From: an uncultured delta proteobacterium | Lineage (GTDB): Bacteria; Desulfobacterota; Binatia; UBA9968 | NCBI GenBank assembly: GCA_963804165.1 | Contig: CAWDPO010000046.1 | Span: 64,001 to 128,000, forward strand | Direction of reading: 5' to 3' | Length of the DNA: 64,000 nucleotides | Shown here: positions 59,947-64,000 of the stretch, piece by piece | How positions within the stretch are numbered: the first letter of the stretch is position 1 | Layout: every line of letters starts with the position of its first letter | The notes under the pieces: model-generated | Seen by the model: the letters and a program-made list of their open reading frames with translations, nothing else | Told to the model about the DNA's origin: nothing | The model's database searches: none | Translations under genes and position numbers: made by a program

Positions 59947-60009
59947 ACTCTGCGCGACCGTTAATTTTGATTCCTCGCGCAGCTTCTGAACCAACATGTG
60001 AACTTTGTC

Positions 60010-61780
60010 CTACGCGTTTTCGCCGCGGCGCCAGACGATGGCGTCGACCAGCGCCGGCTTGCCCGCTTTGACCTGGGCGATGGCGCGCTTCACCGCCGGG
60101 CCGACTTCGGCGGGATCTTCGATCGGTCCTTCGGCATACCAGCCGATGCCTTTGGCGATGTGCGCGAAGTCCGGCGGCGGGCCTTCGAGATCCATGCCGA
60201 TATACGCGCGCGCCGGATCGGTGCCGCGCTGGTGCGCCATGTGAATCTGATGCGCCCAGTCGTTGTAGTAGGCGCGGTTGTTGTACATGACGATCAGCAT
60301 GGGAATTTCGTATTTGACCGGCATCCACAGCGCGCCGAGATCGAACATCAAATCGCCGTCGGGCTGCAGGTCGATCGACGAGCTTGCCCGAGCCCTTGTG
60401 CGCAAGGGCGACGCCGATGGAAATGCCGATCTGTGTGCCGGTGCCGAGCTCGCGGCCGACGTGGCGGTAGGGTTTGTCGAAGTCCCAGATTTTGTGGACC
60501 CATTCCTTCAACGTATTGGCGGTGAGCACCCAGTCGTCGTCTTTGATCACTTGCCAGACCTCGTGCGCGAGGCGCGACTCGGTCATCGGCCGCTGGTTCC
60601 ACTCCTCTTTGACTTGATCCTGCCATTTCTGCCATTGGCGCGCGTGCCTGTCGCCGATGGCTTTTTTGCGCTCGTCAATTTTCGCGGTCAAGCGATTTAT
60701 TGCCGTCGATACGCTTGCGGCAGGCGGCGGTGAGCGCCGGCAGCGACAGCGCGCTGTCGCCGAGCACGCGGAGATCCCAGTTGTGATGTTTGTTGTAGTC
60801 GGTCGCCCATTTGCTGATCTCGATATCGGCGAAGCCGACGTCGATCCATTTGCAGTCGGGCGCCGTGACGACGCTGATCTCACGCGTCTGCGTATTGAGC
60901 TTGTGCGAGCCGCGCGTCCAGTCGACCACGTCGAGAGCGGCGACCACATCGACGCCTTTGAAAGCGTCGCCGTGAAAGCTCACGCTCAGCGGATGGCGAT
61001 TGGGAAAGCCGAGGCGCTTGTTGATGTCGTAAACCGAAGCGCCGACGGTCTCGGCGAGTTCCACCGTGGAATTGAAGCCGATGGGCATGCGCGCGGCGTA
61101 TTCCGTCAGCAAGAGCGGGTTCTCTGCGGCCATGAGCATGTCGGCGGCTTCTTCGACGACGGCCGGCTCCGGCGCCACGCGCGACGGCACCTTCACTTTA
61201 TATTTCGGCAGCGCCATTTCTTCTTTCAGCGCGCTTTCCTGCATCGCCGAGTCGTAAACCATATAAACCGGACCCTGCGGCTCGCTCATCATGATCGAGT
61301 AGGCGCGCGCAAACGAATCCGGCACGCCGTGGATGCTGCCCGGCTGATAGTCCCACTTGGTGAAACCACGGACGACATCGCCTTGAGCAAAGGCGGTGTG
61401 AATCCAATCGATGAACGGGCGGCGGAGTTTCTCATCCATCGGCCCGGTGGCGCCGACGATAAAGACCGGCAGCGATCGATGTAGGCGTAGTAAATTCCCA
61501 TCGGCGCGTGCAGCAGGCCGACGACATTATGGACGATCGCCATCATCGGCTTGCCGCTCGCCTTGGCGTAGCCGTGGGCGATCTGCACGGCGATCTTTTC
61601 GTGATTGCAGAGCAGCATCGGCGGCTTGTTCTCGCCGTAATTGACCAGCGAATCGTGCAAGCCGCGGTAACTCGCGCCGGGATTGAGCGCGATGTAGGGA
61701 AAATCGTACTGCTTGATCAGATCGACGATGACGTCGGACTGCCAGCGCTGAGTTGATTTCTTGATCTCTGTATCGCTCAT
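60010..61780 (-). CDS. Second TPP-dependent enzyme (tandem paralog), about 3 frameshifts
   Basis: Same motifs across fragments 61289..61780, 60675..61439, 59936..60949 (part) and 60010..60405. Confidence 0.88.
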
Positions 61781-61857
61781 CTTATTGCCTCCTAAGAATT
61801 CAATAAACGCTACAGCCTGGACCATTCACTGGCGACGTCGTTCCAGGGCTCAAGCTC

Positions 61858-61959
61858 TCTAACATTGTTCAAGGTTCAAATCCGCCAGGGTTCAATGTCG
61901 GAAACACCCCGTGACTTTGATACCTGGGAACCCTGAATTTTGAACTCGTCGATGTTAGA
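61858..61959. repeat. GTTCAA-type palindrome
   Basis: TCTAACAT-gttcaaggttcaa...ttgaact-ATGTTAGA. Confidence 0.65.
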
Positions 61960-62183
61960 CGCCGTCGGGAGATCAGTTCAAGCGCGCAAAGGTTCGTCGG
62001 GACTACGGCGAGCTCCGCCGGGACCGGAAAGAGTACTTCCGCGATTGGCACAACGGGGCTGGCAGAGCAGAGCTTGCCCGCGACCGGCGCGAGATTTGGC
62101 AGGATCGCCGGGAAATTTGGGGGGACCGTAGAGATCTACGCAATGACCGTTGGGATCATCGTGGTTGGTGGCGCTGGTGGTAA
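61959..62183 (+). pseudogene. Headless Arg/Asp/Trp-rich repeat ORF
   Basis: Open frame with no start codon: [64 protein letters not shown], with heptad DRREI repeats. Confidence 0.6.
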
Positions 62184-62192
62184 AAACTCGCG

Positions 62193-62257
62193 GGCCGTTC
62201 AAAGTTCAAGGTTCAACGTTCGTCCCAACCTTGAACTTTGAACTTGGAACCTTGAAC
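62193..62257. repeat. GTTCAA(A/G) heptamer palindrome
   Basis: gttcaaagttcaaggttcaa...ccttgaactttgaacttggaaccttgaac. Confidence 0.8.
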
Positions 62258-62260
62258 AAG

Positions 62261-62976
62261 TCATAGTCCGAGATACGCCTGTCGCACCCGATCGTCATTC
62301 AAAAGTTCACCGCCGGAACCTGACATGACGATCCTGCCGTTCTCGAGCACATAAGCGTGCTGGGAAATTTTGAGCGACACAGCGACGTTTTGTTCCACCA
62401 GCAAGACTGTCAGGCCTTGATGGTTCAGCGTGCGAACCGTGTGCAGCACTGCTGGACAATCGTTGGCGCGAGCCCGAGAGAGGGCTCGTCGAACATGATC
62501 AGCTCGGGGCGGCCCATCAGACAACGTCCGATGGCGAGCATCTGCTGTTCGCCGCCGGAGAGCGTTCCCGCGAGTTGTTTTCTGCGCTCGCCCAGACGCG
62601 GAAAGAGCTCGAAAACTTCTTCAGAGTCTGTTTCATATTGCCGCGGGCGCGCGGCAGCATCGCGCCCATCGCCAGATTTTCCATCGTGGTCAGAGTCGGG
62701 AACAAGTTGACGGCCTTCGGCGACCTGGCCGATGCCGAGATCGCAGATTTCATGTGAATCGAGACCGGTGATATCGCGCCCGGCGAAGAATATTTTTCCT
62801 GCGCGCGGCCGCTCGATGCCGGCGATAGCGCGGATCAAGCGAGGATTTACCCGCGCCATTGGCGCCGACGATGGCGATGATTCCGCCTTCGCGGAATCTC
62901 GCAGCGATACGCCGACAAGAACTTGCGCGTCGCCATAACACAATTCGAGATCTTTCACTTCGAGCAGAGCGCTCAT
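62261..62976 (-). CDS. livF: Branched-chain amino acid ABC transporter ATP-binding subunit (several frameshifts)
   Basis: VGANGAGKS, VAEGR, ENL.MGA, FPRL.ER..QLAGTLSGGEQQMLAIGR, DEPSLGLAP, LLVEQN, YVLENG, AYLGL*. Confidence 0.88.
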
Positions 62977-63701
62977 ATCTCGGTCTCCTCGCCGAGATAG
63001 CACTCGAGCACCGCCGGCTCATTGACGATTTGTCCGGGCGTTCCTTGAGCGATGACTTCGCCATGATGCAGCACGACGACCTTTTCCGCGAGCGCCATCA
63101 CCGCGCGCATGACATGCTCGATCAAAAGAATGGTGATGCCTTCGCGCCGATTGATCTCGCGAAAAGTGCCACCAAATCGTCGCATTCCGTTCGGCCGCAA
63201 GCCGGCCATGACTTCATCGAGAAGCAATAGTCTTGGTCGGGTCGCCAGCGCGCGCGCGACTTCGAGCTTCTTTCGATCCGGCAACGTAAGCGAGGAAGCG
63301 GGCATGTCGCGCTTGCTGCCGAGTCCCAATTTTTCGAGAACCGTCGCTGCAGAGTCGCGCGCCTCGTTTACGCCGCGACAGCGCTTGAGCGCGCCGACAA
63401 CGACGTTGTCGAGCACCGAAAGAGCGGCGAAGGGTTTCACGATCTGAAAAGTACGGCCGATGCCGAGGGCGCAAGCCTGATCCGGCCGGAGTCCGCGGAT
63501 GGGATTGCCATCGAACATGATCGTCCCTGAGTCGGGCGCCAGCGCGCCGGCGACCATGTTGAAGATCGTTGTCTTGCCGGCGCCGTTGGGGCCGATGAGC
63601 GCGACGATCGCACCCGGATCGATTTCGAAAGACACATCGGTCACTGCCCGGAGTCCGCGAAAGGATTTGCTGACGTGTTCGACATTCAATAGCACGCTCA
63701 T
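62973..63701 (-). CDS. livG: Branched-chain amino acid ABC transporter ATP-binding subunit
   Basis: GPNGAGKTT, GIGRTFQ, LEVARALA, LLLDE, LLIEH.M, YLG. Confidence 0.92.
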   Translation of the reverse strand: MSVLLNVEHVSKSFRGLRAVTDVSFEIDPGAIVALIGPNGAGKTTIFNMVAGALAPDSGTIMFDGNPIRGLRPDQACALGIGRTFQIVKPFAALSVLDNVVVGALKRCRGVNEARDSAATVLEKLGLGSKRDMPASSLTLPDRKKLEVARALATRPRLLLLDEVMAGLRPNGMRRFGGTFREINRREGITILLIEHVMRAVMALAEKVVVLHHGEVIAQGTPGQIVNEPAVLECYLGEETEI

Positions 63702-64000
63702 TCGGTCACCTTGAGCTTACGCGCCAGCGCGGGCCAAACGCCATGCGGTAGGAGAACGATTACGGCAAAAAGAACGATGCCGTAAATCAATTGCTTTATC
63801 CCCGGCGTTTCCCAACCCAGCGCCGCCACGATCTCAGTCGTGCCCTCGGCGACGATGGCCAGCAGCGCGGCACCGAGAATCGGGCCGAAAAGAGTGCCGA
63901 GGCCGCCGATAATCGGACCGAGCATGATCTCGATGGACCGGCTCATATTGAAAACCTGCTCCGGAAAAAGATTGTCGTAGTAGAACGCCGAGAAAACCCC
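63698..64000 (-). CDS. livM: Branched-chain amino acid ABC transporter permease, C-terminal part (runs off the window)
   Basis: SIE...IIGGLGTLFGPILGA, LIYG, LPHGV. Confidence 0.85.
   Translation of the reverse strand, partial: GVFSAFYYDNLFPEQVFNMSRSIEIMLGPIIGGLGTLFGPILGAALLAIVAEGTTEIVAALGWETPGIKQLIYGIVLFAVIVLLPHGVWPALARKLKVTE

Noticed and set aside
61858-61960. attC integron site (TCTAAC...GTTAGAC)
   Set aside because: Single occurrence, interior made of heptamer repeats, no integron integrase and no recognisable L boxes.

Overview
A roughly 58-60% GC bacterial chromosome segment (GC judged by eye). Its many orphan TctC/Bug and NMT1/SsuA-type solute-binding proteins, TPP enzymes, cupin, LVIVD protein and diverse palindromic repeats resemble Candidatus Binatia-like soil bacteria; this is an inference. 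I found no rRNA, tRNA or CRISPR array. Layout: (1) 1-9 kb: solute-binding proteins, an MFS transporter and an RRM RNA-binding protein. (2) About 11-21.5 kb: an accessory island between xth and polX. It carries an HUH/Y1 (RAYT-like) transposase whose 3' end is duplicated around a membrane protein with a TIR-like domain, plus a Gln-rich secreted protein, a structured non-coding stretch, a DUF2971-like gene and a lipoprotein/M15 peptidase/lipase operon. (3) 21.8-25 kb: a PolX-PHP lacking the polymerase aspartates, coupled to a DUF6884/YaaA-like gene, and a metacaspase. (4) 25-35 kb: catabolic and transport genes. (5) 35-56 kb: a general-stress-like cluster with several sigma54-type promoters (DUF748, CsbD, DUF4398, poly-HAMP hybrid kinase, PLD-VTT, EEP) and a DUF433/DUF5615 TA pair. 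(6) 56-64 kb: TctC, a flavin reductase, two TPP enzymes and livFGM. Intergenic DNA holds nested REP/MITE-like palindromes and orphan 3' ends of solute-binding-protein genes. Many genes carry single-base frameshifts, probably long-read consensus errors. All family names come from motif recognition by eye, not database searches.
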